Shown one piece after another: positions 1 to 8,719 of a stretch of 64,000 nt of DNA (position 1 is the first letter of the stretch; each line of letters opens with the position of its first letter). The stretch lies in IMG/VR virus record IMGVR_UViG_3300025276_000022, one strand, 5' to 3'. The position numbers and the translations under genes were made by a program. Below the pieces are notes generated by a model that saw only the letters and a program-made list of their open reading frames with translations, did no database searches and was not told the DNA's origin. This DNA is from a virus.

Positions 1-2
1 AA

Positions 3-617
3 GGTTCATCGTATGGTAGCGGTCGTTCTTCTACAACGCCAACCAACCTGTATAATACTACAGGAAACCAATTGGTCTTCTTGAATGATATCAATCTCAA
101 CACCACACCGAAGGTTGTGTCTACACAAGATAATGCAGGAACATCTCCTAACATGTCTTTTACTATTAGTTTGTCTACTCAGGACTCTAAGGTTTCTCCG
201 GTAATTGATCTACAACGAGTCTCGGTTCTTACTCTTGAGAATGTTATTGGTAATGATGATGCTGCACAACATATCACAATACCTACAGTTATCGATGAAC
301 CATCGGTTGGTCTGAAGATTATATTCGCAGCAAACCGACCTTCAACCTCAGAGTTTGAGGTGTATATCAAAACTGCAACTGATGAAGATAGTTTAGGCCA
401 AGTTGACGTTGAAGGTGATTCCATAATCGATTGGGTATTAGCACCTATCGATAAGACAATCCCTTCTGATGAGGATTCTGAAGTATTCCGTGACTATGAA
501 TATTCAGTCGATATCGACTTATTCTCAGTATTCCAAGTGAAGATTGTGATGAAGTCTACCAACTCAAGTAAGTCCCCTATTATAAGAGACCTTCGTGCGA
601 TTGCTTTGGTAGTATAA
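3..617 (+). CDS. C-terminal part of a large virion structural protein (VrlC/DUF4815-like), 5' truncated
   Basis: Frame is open from position 3. Ends with SPVIDLQRVS...FQVKIVMKS...PIIRDLRAIAL, typical of this family in marine T4-like phages. Confidence 0.65.
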   Translation, partial: GSSYGSGRSSTTPTNLYNTTGNQLVFLNDINLNTTPKVVSTQDNAGTSPNMSFTISLSTQDSKVSPVIDLQRVSVLTLENVIGNDDAAQHITIPTVIDEPSVGLKIIFAANRPSTSEFEVYIKTATDEDSLGQVDVEGDSIIDWVLAPIDKTIPSDEDSEVFRDYEYSVDIDLFSVFQVKIVMKSTNSSKSPIIRDLRAIALVV

Positions 618-850
618 TGAAAAGTTATCAGCGAGTCAAGGGGCATAGTAACTTAGTAAGGGATACACGAACTGGCGTTATACTAAATACAAACAAGACA
701 GAAATAGAAACGTCAAAAAAACTAAAACTAGTACAACAAGAAAAAGACCAACGAATTACACGTCTTACCGACGAAGTGGACACTCTTAGAAATGATGTCC
801 AACAAATAAAAGAATTGCTTTTTCGTTTAGTAGAGGATAAACATGAGTAA
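617..850 (+). CDS. Conserved small coiled-coil hypothetical protein
   Basis: VKGHSNLVRD..TGVILN motif followed by heptads; coupled to the upstream stop (TAATG). Confidence 0.7.
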   Translation: MKSYQRVKGHSNLVRDTRTGVILNTNKTEIETSKKLKLVQQEKDQRITRLTDEVDTLRNDVQQIKELLFRLVEDKHE

Positions 851-1919
851 CACTATACAATCAGTCCATCTCGCAGACAACATCAACGCGGCCTTTGATA
901 AGATCAATGAGAACTTTGAACTCGTCGCAACGGGTGTGTTTGGTGGGACGGTGGACTTTACAGATGTTGATGCTGGGATCGCAGCAAATGCTTCTGCATT
1001 ATCTTCCCTTACCACTAGTATCACTAACATTGATGGCACTTTAACTATACTGGCATCGGATGTCACATCTCTATCGACATCACTGACCGACACTCAAGCA
1101 GGCATTACCGCAAATTCTACTGCGATGGCATCGCTTACTAGTAGTATCACACAGACAGAAAATTCACTCGTTATACTTGCGCAAGACATAGTAGACTTAG
1201 AAACTAATTTTACTGGCAACATAACCATAGACTCAGATTTGGTAGTTTCTGTACTTGCAAATAGCACCGCATTCTCTGGATTGGAGTCTTCGATTACGGT
1301 CGTCGATGGTAGAGTTACTGCTCAATCTTCGGACATTACTGAGTTGTCTAATGAGATTTCCATTGTAGATTCCGACAATAAAGTTTTGATCGCAGCGGAA
1401 GGTAACGCACGTTCAGCACTAACCTCTTTAGTGTCCACTAATGGAAATAATATATCCACGATTCAGGGAAGTATTACTGCCCTCACAGGTAAAATAGACA
1501 CAGTAGACTCAGATGGTAACCCCACCACTTTCGTTGCACTAGCAACAGAGTCACTACAGGCGGAAGTCTCGCGAGTAGAAGGATTGATAACAACAAATTC
1601 TACTTGGGGTATAGACCTAGTTGCTGGTACCGAAGCCAATCCACATATTGCTGGTATCAAGTTCGGTAATGACGGTGCAACCGCAGATTTCGCATTGACC
1701 GCAGACACATTCAAGATTATCAATGCTTCTAATAACGAAATTCAACCATTCACTATTTCTGGTAATGAAATACAATTGTCAAATGCGACAGTTACAGGGA
1801 ATCTAAATATAGGTTCAAACTTGAGTGGTGCGCGTACCGTAATTACAGACGATGTCACTAAGGTATTTGACGCGAATAATCAACTACGTGTTGCACTAGG
1901 TAATCTAACCGGAATATAG
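843..1919 (+). CDS. Tail-fibre/tail-tip protein: coiled-coil shaft plus lambda-J-like (DUF1983-like) C-terminal domain
   Basis: S/T/A-rich heptads, then IAGIKFG..ADFALTADTFKI..PFTISGNEIQLSNATV and a KVFDANNQLRVALG end. Confidence 0.6.
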   Translation: MSNTIQSVHLADNINAAFDKINENFELVATGVFGGTVDFTDVDAGIAANASALSSLTTSITNIDGTLTILASDVTSLSTSLTDTQAGITANSTAMASLTSSITQTENSLVILAQDIVDLETNFTGNITIDSDLVVSVLANSTAFSGLESSITVVDGRVTAQSSDITELSNEISIVDSDNKVLIAAEGNARSALTSLVSTNGNNISTIQGSITALTGKIDTVDSDGNPTTFVALATESLQAEVSRVEGLITTNSTWGIDLVAGTEANPHIAGIKFGNDGATADFALTADTFKIINASNNEIQPFTISGNEIQLSNATVTGNLNIGSNLSGARTVITDDVTKVFDANNQLRVALGNLTGI

Positions 1920-1926
1920 GTGTGTT

Positions 1927-2208
1927 ATGAGTTACGGACTATACATTTCTGATGGTGTTAATGGAGCAGTTATTACAAACTCCAATAATATTTTTAATGA
2001 GGAAATATACCAGTCTCAGGCTGGAACTGTTACAGGTAATAGCACCCTTGATTTGAATATAGAAGATGTTGGTAATCCGGCATTAATATCTATAGAATTA
2101 ACAACAAACAATAGTGTAGAATTCTCGACTTCCGGAAATACATTATCGTTACAGAACCCTCTATCTGGGGACTACGCATTCAATTTAAAAGTTTTTAGGT
2201 TCCAATAA
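1927..2208 (+). CDS. Small tail-tip accessory protein
   Basis: MSYGLYI start typical of genes following J-like tip proteins; predicted beta-rich. Confidence 0.5.
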   Translation: MSYGLYISDGVNGAVITNSNNIFNEEIYQSQAGTVTGNSTLDLNIEDVGNPALISIELTTNNSVEFSTSGNTLSLQNPLSGDYAFNLKVFRFQ

Positions 2209-2981
2209 TGTCAGATGATTATGGGTTGGTTGTAAAAAACAATAATGGCGGTGTCATGTTTGATTCTCGTAAGGGAATGAGCAGTTACGTCGTAAGAGAA
2301 ATCGGGACAGGAGTTGAAACTTCATTCACCTTAAACGACGGTGATATGGTATTTGCTAAACGACCATCAAGCACTTCTAATAATTGGTGGACGGATAAGA
2401 TAATATTTGGAAGTAGTACCCTCGGCCCACTGGGCCCACCGGAAAACCCTAGGTCATATGGATTCTATGCATTCACAGATTTATCGTCAGGCGTATCGGC
2501 AGAAGTCAACCCAGTCGTAATGGATTACTTTGTTGTGACACATGCAAAGAACATAGATGTTAGTTCCGAAGACTATGGTTTGATAGTAAAAAATAGTGAT
2601 GGTACTCTTCAATTTGACAGTCGTTCGATAAAGAACGGTCAGCACTTTTTGATCACAGACTACTATCCACCTAGAACTTTTGACGGTGACCCATATAGTG
2701 CACCAGTAGGTGGACTAGGAGATATGGATGGTTACTGGTCGATGAATTGGACGACGGGACTTGATATTGCAAATGATGTTGCAGCAATATCAGTACGTGG
2801 ACTGAAATGGATAGGTGTAAGTTCCAGTGCAGGAGCAACAGGGCCCGTGATCGAAGCATTCTTTGATGTTGGTGGTGAAGAAGGTGGATTTGATGGTGGA
2901 GAGGGTGGTGGCTCAACAGTTTCTACAAGAACGTACGAAAACCGAATAAACGGTATGATTCTGGGTGCAGAACTAATTTAA
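2208..2981 (+). CDS. Tail-tip accessory / candidate receptor-binding protein
   Basis: Two DYGL.VKN..G...FDSR motifs; Gly-rich C-terminus. Confidence 0.5.
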   Translation: MSDDYGLVVKNNNGGVMFDSRKGMSSYVVREIGTGVETSFTLNDGDMVFAKRPSSTSNNWWTDKIIFGSSTLGPLGPPENPRSYGFYAFTDLSSGVSAEVNPVVMDYFVVTHAKNIDVSSEDYGLIVKNSDGTLQFDSRSIKNGQHFLITDYYPPRTFDGDPYSAPVGGLGDMDGYWSMNWTTGLDIANDVAAISVRGLKWIGVSSSAGATGPVIEAFFDVGGEEGGFDGGEGGGSTVSTRTYENRINGMILGAELI

Positions 2982-2990
2982 GAGGAACAC

Positions 2991-3431
2991 ATGATTTATT
3001 ATATTGCGACCATTAAAAACGGTCAGATACAAACATTGAAATTAGCAAGCGGAGATAACGCAGCTGAAGGAGTCCAAGAAAATGGGACAACTTTAGTACA
3101 CATTGATTTTCCCATTGACAATCGAATAGAATTTATCGAGACTAATTACTGGGACGGTAAGTGGTTACAAAGAGAACGTCCACCAAATGAACACTCTTCG
3201 TGGAATGGGTCATCGTGGGAATGGGATCTAGAATCCTTAATGCCCCAAGTAAGATCTGTCCGTAATGCTATGTTAGTGAGAAGTGACTGGACTCAAATGC
3301 CAGACTCTCCATTATCAGAAGATGACAAGTTAGACTGGCAAATATATCGTGAGGAACTAAGAAGTCTATCTTTTGTCCAAGATAATATATCTAATGTAAA
3401 AGATGTGGACTGGCCAGCAGAACCAAAATAA
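2991..3431 (+). CDS. Tail fibre assembly chaperone-like protein
   Basis: VRSVRNAML..SDWTQMPDSPLS...WQIYREELR...WPAEP motif. Confidence 0.75.
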   Translation: MIYYIATIKNGQIQTLKLASGDNAAEGVQENGTTLVHIDFPIDNRIEFIETNYWDGKWLQRERPPNEHSSWNGSSWEWDLESLMPQVRSVRNAMLVRSDWTQMPDSPLSEDDKLDWQIYREELRSLSFVQDNISNVKDVDWPAEPK

Positions 3432-3435
3432 TTAC

Positions 3436-3464
3436 TTGCTATTTTCCAGATGATAGTGTATAAT
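3436..3464 (+). promoter_or_regulatory. sigma70-like promoter
   Basis: TTGCTA-17 bp-TATAAT. Confidence 0.45.
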
Positions 3465-3512
3465 GATGTATGTTGCATACACTATAAATACATTTGAAGA
3501 AGCGGCTTAAAT

Positions 3513-3546
3513 ATGTGCATGAACTTCGGTTATGCACATTTTTTTT
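3513..3546 (+). terminator. Rho-independent terminator
   Basis: ATGTGCATGAAC-TTCG-GTTATGCACAT followed by a T run. Confidence 0.8.
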
Positions 3547-3548
3547 AT

Positions 3549-3556
3549 TATAAATA
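3549..3556 (+). promoter_or_regulatory. T4-type late promoter for the repeat protein gene
   Basis: TATAAATA about 50 nt before ATG 3607; gp55 is encoded in the window. A second copy lies at 3483-3490. Confidence 0.75.
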
Positions 3557-3606
3557 AACAGGTCATTAACAAATAAACTTTAACTTTAGCTAAAGAGAAA
3601 GCAAAC

Positions 3607-6600
3607 ATGTCAGCATCTAGTATACCTCTAAAAATTAAGAATAGCGATGGTGACCTACAGGAACTTACCCCAGCAGAAGAGATGTATCTCGCTGTAAAGG
3701 TAGGTGAAGCACTTGCAGAGGCCTCTGCTGGTGATATAGGCGATATCAGTCTCACCAATGGTGATAACATAGGTTCATTCGTAGATTCATTCTATAATGA
3801 AGCATCGGGCACACACCCTATGTCTAACATCACTGGTACTACAGTAACCACTACCTTGAAACAGGTTGGTGGCTCTGCGAGTGAATCTGGTAGCAATTTT
3901 GCCCGTCCTGTCGGTTATTATGCAGATAATGCAAATCCTGGCTTCTACGAAATGGTAGATGCAGATTTGGATAATCTAACAAATCGCGCACTTGTGAATC
4001 TTGAAACCTTAGAACTTCAAGGTGCATTCACACTTTCGTCCACATCGCCTGGCGGTGATTGGGCAAAACATATTGACACAGTATTCTCAGATACTCGTGG
4101 AGACGGAACTTCGATAGACTTCCATATTTGGAAGAAAACCGCACTTGCATCACCCCCAGCTGGTATTGTAACCACTCGGCCAGTTGCAACCGATTATGAT
4201 GGATCCTCAGCATTTAGCGGTCTAAAAGAAATGTCTGACGCAGAGATCAAGTACACTCTCGGTCAACGTGCTAAGTCACTTAGGTCGACAGCAGGAGCCA
4301 TTGGTTCTTATCAACTTCGTTCATCTGTACAAGGCGCTCCAACCTCAGCCGGAACTTGGGTTCCTCGTGGTACTGCCGCGAATACTCAACGTACTATTGT
4401 TGATGGAACTTATTCTCGCACTCGTGCTTCTGCATATGCTCGTACAAGAGTTTCTGCATACAGTCGTAATCGTGTATCAACTTATACTCGCAACAGCGTA
4501 GATACATTTGCACGTACGTTTGCTGGTGAATATACTGGTACATATTCTCGTGAATTTGCCGGTGAATATACACGTGGCTATGCAGGGGATTACACTAGAA
4601 CTCGTCCCTCAACATATACCCGAAATCGATTAACTGCGTTCACTGGTTACTTTGCTGGTACTTACAACCGTGCAAGAGTTTCAGTATACACACGCAATCG
4701 TGTAACACCATTTACCGGAACCTTCTCACGTACTCGTGCATCAGCATACACACGTGGTCGTGTTTCAACTTACGCAGGGACTTACGCAAGAACTCGTACT
4801 TCTGTTTACACAGCGGATTATACTCGTGCCCGTGTATCAACGTACACCGGAACTTACGCAGGAGTTTATTCTCGTAACCGTGTATCTGCATATGCTGGAA
4901 CTTACTCACGTACACGTTCTTCTGCTTATAGTCAACCATATACTCGTACACGTACTTCTGCATACTCTGCGGATTATACTCGTACACGTATAACTAACTA
5001 CACACGTGATCGTGTAACCAACTTTGCTGGCGTTTTCTCTCGTGCTCGTGTTTCTACATATACTCGTAATCGCGTTACAAACTTTGCTGGAAACTTCGTT
5101 GGTAACTATGCTCGTGGATTCGTAGGTAACTATTCTCGTGGATTCGTAGGTAACTACGCTCGTGGATATGCTGGCGACTTCGTCGGTAACTACGCTCGTG
5201 TTTCTACTCGTACATCTACTCGTACTCGTTACTCTGCATACGCTCGTACATCTACTCGTACTCGTTACTCTGCATATGCTCGTGACCGTGTCACTAACTT
5301 TGCTGGTGACTTCGTAGGTAACTACGCAACAACCTTTACTGGCAACTTTGCGGGCAACTATTCAAGAGACCGTGTAACAACCTTTACTGGTGACTTCGTA
5401 GGTAACTACGCAACAACCTTTACTGGCAACTTTGCGGGCAACTATTCAAGAGACCGTGTCACTAACTTTGCTGGCGATTTCGTAGGTAACTATGCAACAA
5501 CCTTTACTGGCAACTTCGCAGGTGATTACGCAAGAACTTCTACTAGAACTTCTACGCGTACACTAGACTATACTCGTTATTTGTACTATACTGGCAACTT
5601 TGCGGGCAACTATTCAAGAGACCGTGCATTCTCATATGTTGGAGATTACTCTAGAGCTCGTGCACAAGGAACTTCGTACACTGGTAACTATGGTCGTACT
5701 AGAACAGGTAGCTACACTGGTAACTATGCACGTACTCGTACTGCTTCTTACCTCGGTAACTATACTGGTAACTTCGCTGGTAACTATATCGGTAACTATA
5801 CACGAAACCTGATCTCAACTCGGACAAGTATTACCCTCGGAGGAACATCATATTATGCTCGATTCGTGTATAATCCATACATGGGAGAACTGGTTCCGGT
5901 TTTCTATACCCGTACTGCAGCGACCGCATATTACGCTGGTAACTTTGTTACTACCATGGCGTATACGACAGACTCCACACGTGCCTACCCGATGGCCTTT
6001 ACTAGGAATCGTGCCGCGAGCTATGTAGGCGACTATGCTCGTGTCCGTGCATTCTCTTATGTTGGAGACTACTCAAGAGCTCGTGCCCACACTCTTTACT
6101 ACACTGGTAACTATGGTCGTACTAGAACAGGTAGCTACACTGGTAACTATGCACGTACAAGTACTCGATCTAGCAATGTTCTCGCATATTACGGTAGAAC
6201 TGGATATTATGCTGGTGACTTTGTTGGTAACTATGGTCGTACTCGCGTAACTAACTATGTTGGTGATTTCACTAGAACTCGTGTAACTAACTATGCTGGA
6301 AATTTCGTTGGTAACTATGGTCGTACTCGTGTAACTAACTATGTTGGCGACTTTGCTAGAACTCGCGTAACTAACTATGCTGGTAACTTTGTCGGTAACT
6401 ATGGTCGTACTCGTGTAACTAACTATGTTGGTGACTTTAGTCGCAACCGTGTAACTAACTTCGCTGGTAACTTCGTCGGTAACTATGCTCGTGCATATGC
6501 TGGTGATTATGTTGGTAACTATGCTCGCGCATATGCTGGCGACTTCGCTGGTAACTATACTGGTGATTACGCTCGTACTTCTACAAGAACTCGTTACTCT

Positions 6601-7422
6601 GCGTATATCCGTACTCGTACGTCGGCATATGTCCGTAACCGTTCTTCTGCGTACGCAAGAGATCGTATAACTAACTTCGCTGGTGACTTTACTGGTAACT
6701 ATGCAAGAACCTTCACTGGTAACTATGCACGTAACTATGCAGGCAACTTCATTGGTGATTTTGTTGGTGATTTCGCTGGTAACTATGTTGGTAACTACAC
6801 TAGACAGTTCGGTGGTAACTATGTCGGTAACTATGCACGTAACTACGTAGGCGAATATGCCGGTACATATAGCCGTGGATTCGCTGGTGAGTACACAGGA
6901 ACTTACACTGGTGTCTACTCGAACACGTTCGGTGGTAACTATGTTGGTAACTATGCACGTAACTTCGCAGGCGAATACACTGGAACTTACTCGAATACTT
7001 TCACTGGTAACTACTCACGTGGTTTCTCTGGTCAGTACACTCGCGACTTCGCTGGTGACTTCGTAGGTAACTATGCAAGAACATTTGCTGGTGAGTACAC
7101 TGGAACGTATGCAAGTGACTTTGTAGGTGACTTCGTAGGTAACTATTCACGTGACTTCGTAGGTAACTACGGTCGAGTTCGTGTATCGGCTTACTCAAGA
7201 CTACGTAACTCAACATACACTGGAATTTACTCTCGTGACCGTGTATCAACCTATGTTGGTGACTTCACAGGTAATTACTCACGTGGATTCACAGGTGATT
7301 ACGCTCGTGACTTCGTAGGTAACTATGCTAGAGCTTTCGTAGGTAACTACACTGGCGCAACAATCAGTGATACATTGGTTAACACACCAGAAAATTATAC
7401 CTTATACGTACGGGTTGCTTAA
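3607..7422 (+). CDS. 1271-aa tetrapeptide-repeat protein, predicted giant beta-hairpin virion fibre
   Basis: ~268-aa N-domain, then ~980 aa of [YF]xG[ND], YxRx, RxSx, RxTN tetrads with mirror complementarity about NPYMG. Late promoter; lies among fibre genes. Confidence 0.7.
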   Translation: MSASSIPLKIKNSDGDLQELTPAEEMYLAVKVGEALAEASAGDIGDISLTNGDNIGSFVDSFYNEASGTHPMSNITGTTVTTTLKQVGGSASESGSNFARPVGYYADNANPGFYEMVDADLDNLTNRALVNLETLELQGAFTLSSTSPGGDWAKHIDTVFSDTRGDGTSIDFHIWKKTALASPPAGIVTTRPVATDYDGSSAFSGLKEMSDAEIKYTLGQRAKSLRSTAGAIGSYQLRSSVQGAPTSAGTWVPRGTAANTQRTIVDGTYSRTRASAYARTRVSAYSRNRVSTYTRNSVDTFARTFAGEYTGTYSREFAGEYTRGYAGDYTRTRPSTYTRNRLTAFTGYFAGTYNRARVSVYTRNRVTPFTGTFSRTRASAYTRGRVSTYAGTYARTRTSVYTADYTRARVSTYTGTYAGVYSRNRVSAYAGTYSRTRSSAYSQPYTRTRTSAYSADYTRTRITNYTRDRVTNFAGVFSRARVSTYTRNRVTNFAGNFVGNYARGFVGNYSRGFVGNYARGYAGDFVGNYARVSTRTSTRTRYSAYARTSTRTRYSAYARDRVTNFAGDFVGNYATTFTGNFAGNYSRDRVTTFTGDFVGNYATTFTGNFAGNYSRDRVTNFAGDFVGNYATTFTGNFAGDYARTSTRTSTRTLDYTRYLYYTGNFAGNYSRDRAFSYVGDYSRARAQGTSYTGNYGRTRTGSYTGNYARTRTASYLGNYTGNFAGNYIGNYTRNLISTRTSITLGGTSYYARFVYNPYMGELVPVFYTRTAATAYYAGNFVTTMAYTTDSTRAYPMAFTRNRAASYVGDYARVRAFSYVGDYSRARAHTLYYTGNYGRTRTGSYTGNYARTSTRSSNVLAYYGRTGYYAGDFVGNYGRTRVTNYVGDFTRTRVTNYAGNFVGNYGRTRVTNYVGDFARTRVTNYAGNFVGNYGRTRVTNYVGDFSRNRVTNFAGNFVGNYARAYAGDYVGNYARAYAGDFAGNYTGDYARTSTRTRYSAYIRTRTSAYVRNRSSAYARDRITNFAGDFTGNYARTFTGNYARNYAGNFIGDFVGDFAGNYVGNYTRQFGGNYVGNYARNYVGEYAGTYSRGFAGEYTGTYTGVYSNTFGGNYVGNYARNFAGEYTGTYSNTFTGNYSRGFSGQYTRDFAGDFVGNYARTFAGEYTGTYASDFVGDFVGNYSRDFVGNYGRVRVSAYSRLRNSTYTGIYSRDRVSTYVGDFTGNYSRGFTGDYARDFVGNYARAFVGNYTGATISDTLVNTPENYTLYVRVA
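4411..7347 (+). repeat. 12-bp (4-aa) period coding repeat region with higher-order 84-bp duplications
   Basis: GGTAACTA-type units throughout; three 84-bp units at 5275-5526 and three at 6232-6483; ~110-bp direct repeat at ~5623-5735 and ~6046-6158. Confidence 0.9.
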
Positions 7423-7443
7423 TCGCTCGTACTGTGGTATAAT
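7415..7443 (+). promoter_or_regulatory. sigma70-like promoter for the 7534-9423 operon
   Basis: TTGCTT-17 bp-TATAAT with a TG extended -10; followed by hairpin GGTGGGTCA/TGACCCACT at 7456-7479. Confidence 0.55.
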
Positions 7444-7533
7444 ATGAGATAGAACGGTGGGTCATTCATTTGACCCACTTATCTCAGCACTATATAACAT
7501 TATAATTTGAATTGAAACCTTTGGAGATAATTA

Positions 7534-7995
7534 ATGAGTCGTAAGCAATGGATGGATAATGCCTTCTGGGAAACAGAGGACAAGAAAGAAGTCAACTGTA
7601 TTCTAGAACTTGAAGATGATGTGGGTCGTGTAACACGTCAACAAATGATGCTAAACCGTGCTAATAAAGATGGTAGTGATAATGAATTGTTTAATGAATT
7701 AATTGACGCTCTAGGTGAAGAGGCTATTGATAAGGAAACTATCGACAGAGTCACTCGCAAGAAGGCAGAGAAAGAAGAAGAGAAAATGCGTGATGAAGAA
7801 CATCTAAAGGCACGCAAACTAGAAAAACTCTTTAACTATAAAATGGAAGCGTTCGAAGTCGAAGAGATTAAACTCTCTAAAAACCGTAAGTTAAAGGCAA
7901 AATTGCGTCGTGCAAAATCAAGAATTGAAGTAGATCTTTATTCAATCATGATTCTACAAGACCAACTTGAGGCCGCTGCTGATGGAAAAGAGTAA
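7534..7995 (+). CDS. Hypothetical charged helical protein (possible fibre chaperone)
   Basis: GGAGA RBS; E/K/R-rich; overlaps the next gene. Confidence 0.7.
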   Translation: MSRKQWMDNAFWETEDKKEVNCILELEDDVGRVTRQQMMLNRANKDGSDNELFNELIDALGEEAIDKETIDRVTRKKAEKEEEKMRDEEHLKARKLEKLFNYKMEAFEVEEIKLSKNRKLKAKLRRAKSRIEVDLYSIMILQDQLEAAADGKE

Positions 7996-8719
7996 AGGTT
8001 TTATTATAGTTGCGTCTAAGAAACGCAACTTTTATTCGTACGCAATCAACCTTGCTGAATCTCTTAGGGATTATTATGAACCTGAAGAAGAATGTAAGAT
8101 TTGTTTGGTAACCGAAGAACAATTTATTGATGATCGTGGTCGTGATGTTGCGGATGACATTATAATCTGTGATGACCATTATCGCGCTAAGTTATGGGGG
8201 ATGGCAAAATCTCCGTATGATATAACAATGTACATTGATGCTGACATGGAATGTGAGCACGAAGATATTATTAAAGTTTGGGATGAAATGAAAGATCACG
8301 ACGTGGTCTTCTCAGCATTGACTGATGACCGTGATTACATTTATGCGGAACGTGATTTCTCCACACCAGAAGGTATGGCTAAATTTACTCTTTGTGGTGG
8401 TGTGTGTCTATATGATATGTCTAAACCAATAGTTCGTGAGTTTATGGATGATTGGTGGGACTTAACATACAGACAAATGAATGATACTTGGTGGCCAGAA
8501 GGTTATGTTGATTCTCTAAAGTCTTGGGATCAATTCTCTCTTTGGTGGTTAACTGAGAAAGAACCAAAATATAAGGATCTTAAAGTCGGCATCTTTGATG
8601 ATGACTTGAGATGGAATTACTATAATGCTCTTAATTGGGCACAAACGAAACCCGAAAATGGGCCGGTGATATTACGTCACTTCTCTGCTGGGTTAAATAA
8701 GGATACTCCAATCGTATGA
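7967..8719 (+). CDS. GT-A fold glycosyltransferase (GT8-like); true start probably ATG 7982
   Basis: KLWGMAKSPYDITMYIDAD (DxD), GGVCLY, WDQFSLW, RWNY, ILRHF motifs. Confidence 0.7.
   Translation: MRPLLMEKSKGFIIVASKKRNFYSYAINLAESLRDYYEPEEECKICLVTEEQFIDDRGRDVADDIIICDDHYRAKLWGMAKSPYDITMYIDADMECEHEDIIKVWDEMKDHDVVFSALTDDRDYIYAERDFSTPEGMAKFTLCGGVCLYDMSKPIVREFMDDWWDLTYRQMNDTWWPEGYVDSLKSWDQFSLWWLTEKEPKYKDLKVGIFDDDLRWNYYNALNWAQTKPENGPVILRHFSAGLNKDTPIV

Noticed and set aside
3463-3510. Mini-ORF ending ...INTFEEAA-stop resembling an ssrA tag
   Set aside because: No tRNA-like domain or tmRNA structure visible; the ATG overlaps the putative -10 box.
4411-7347. CRISPR array, or DNA-level inverted repeat, in the repeat gene
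   Set aside because: Repeats are in-frame 12-bp coding units with synonymous variation, no spacers and no cas genes. The mirror symmetry is in amino-acid pairing, not reverse-complement DNA.
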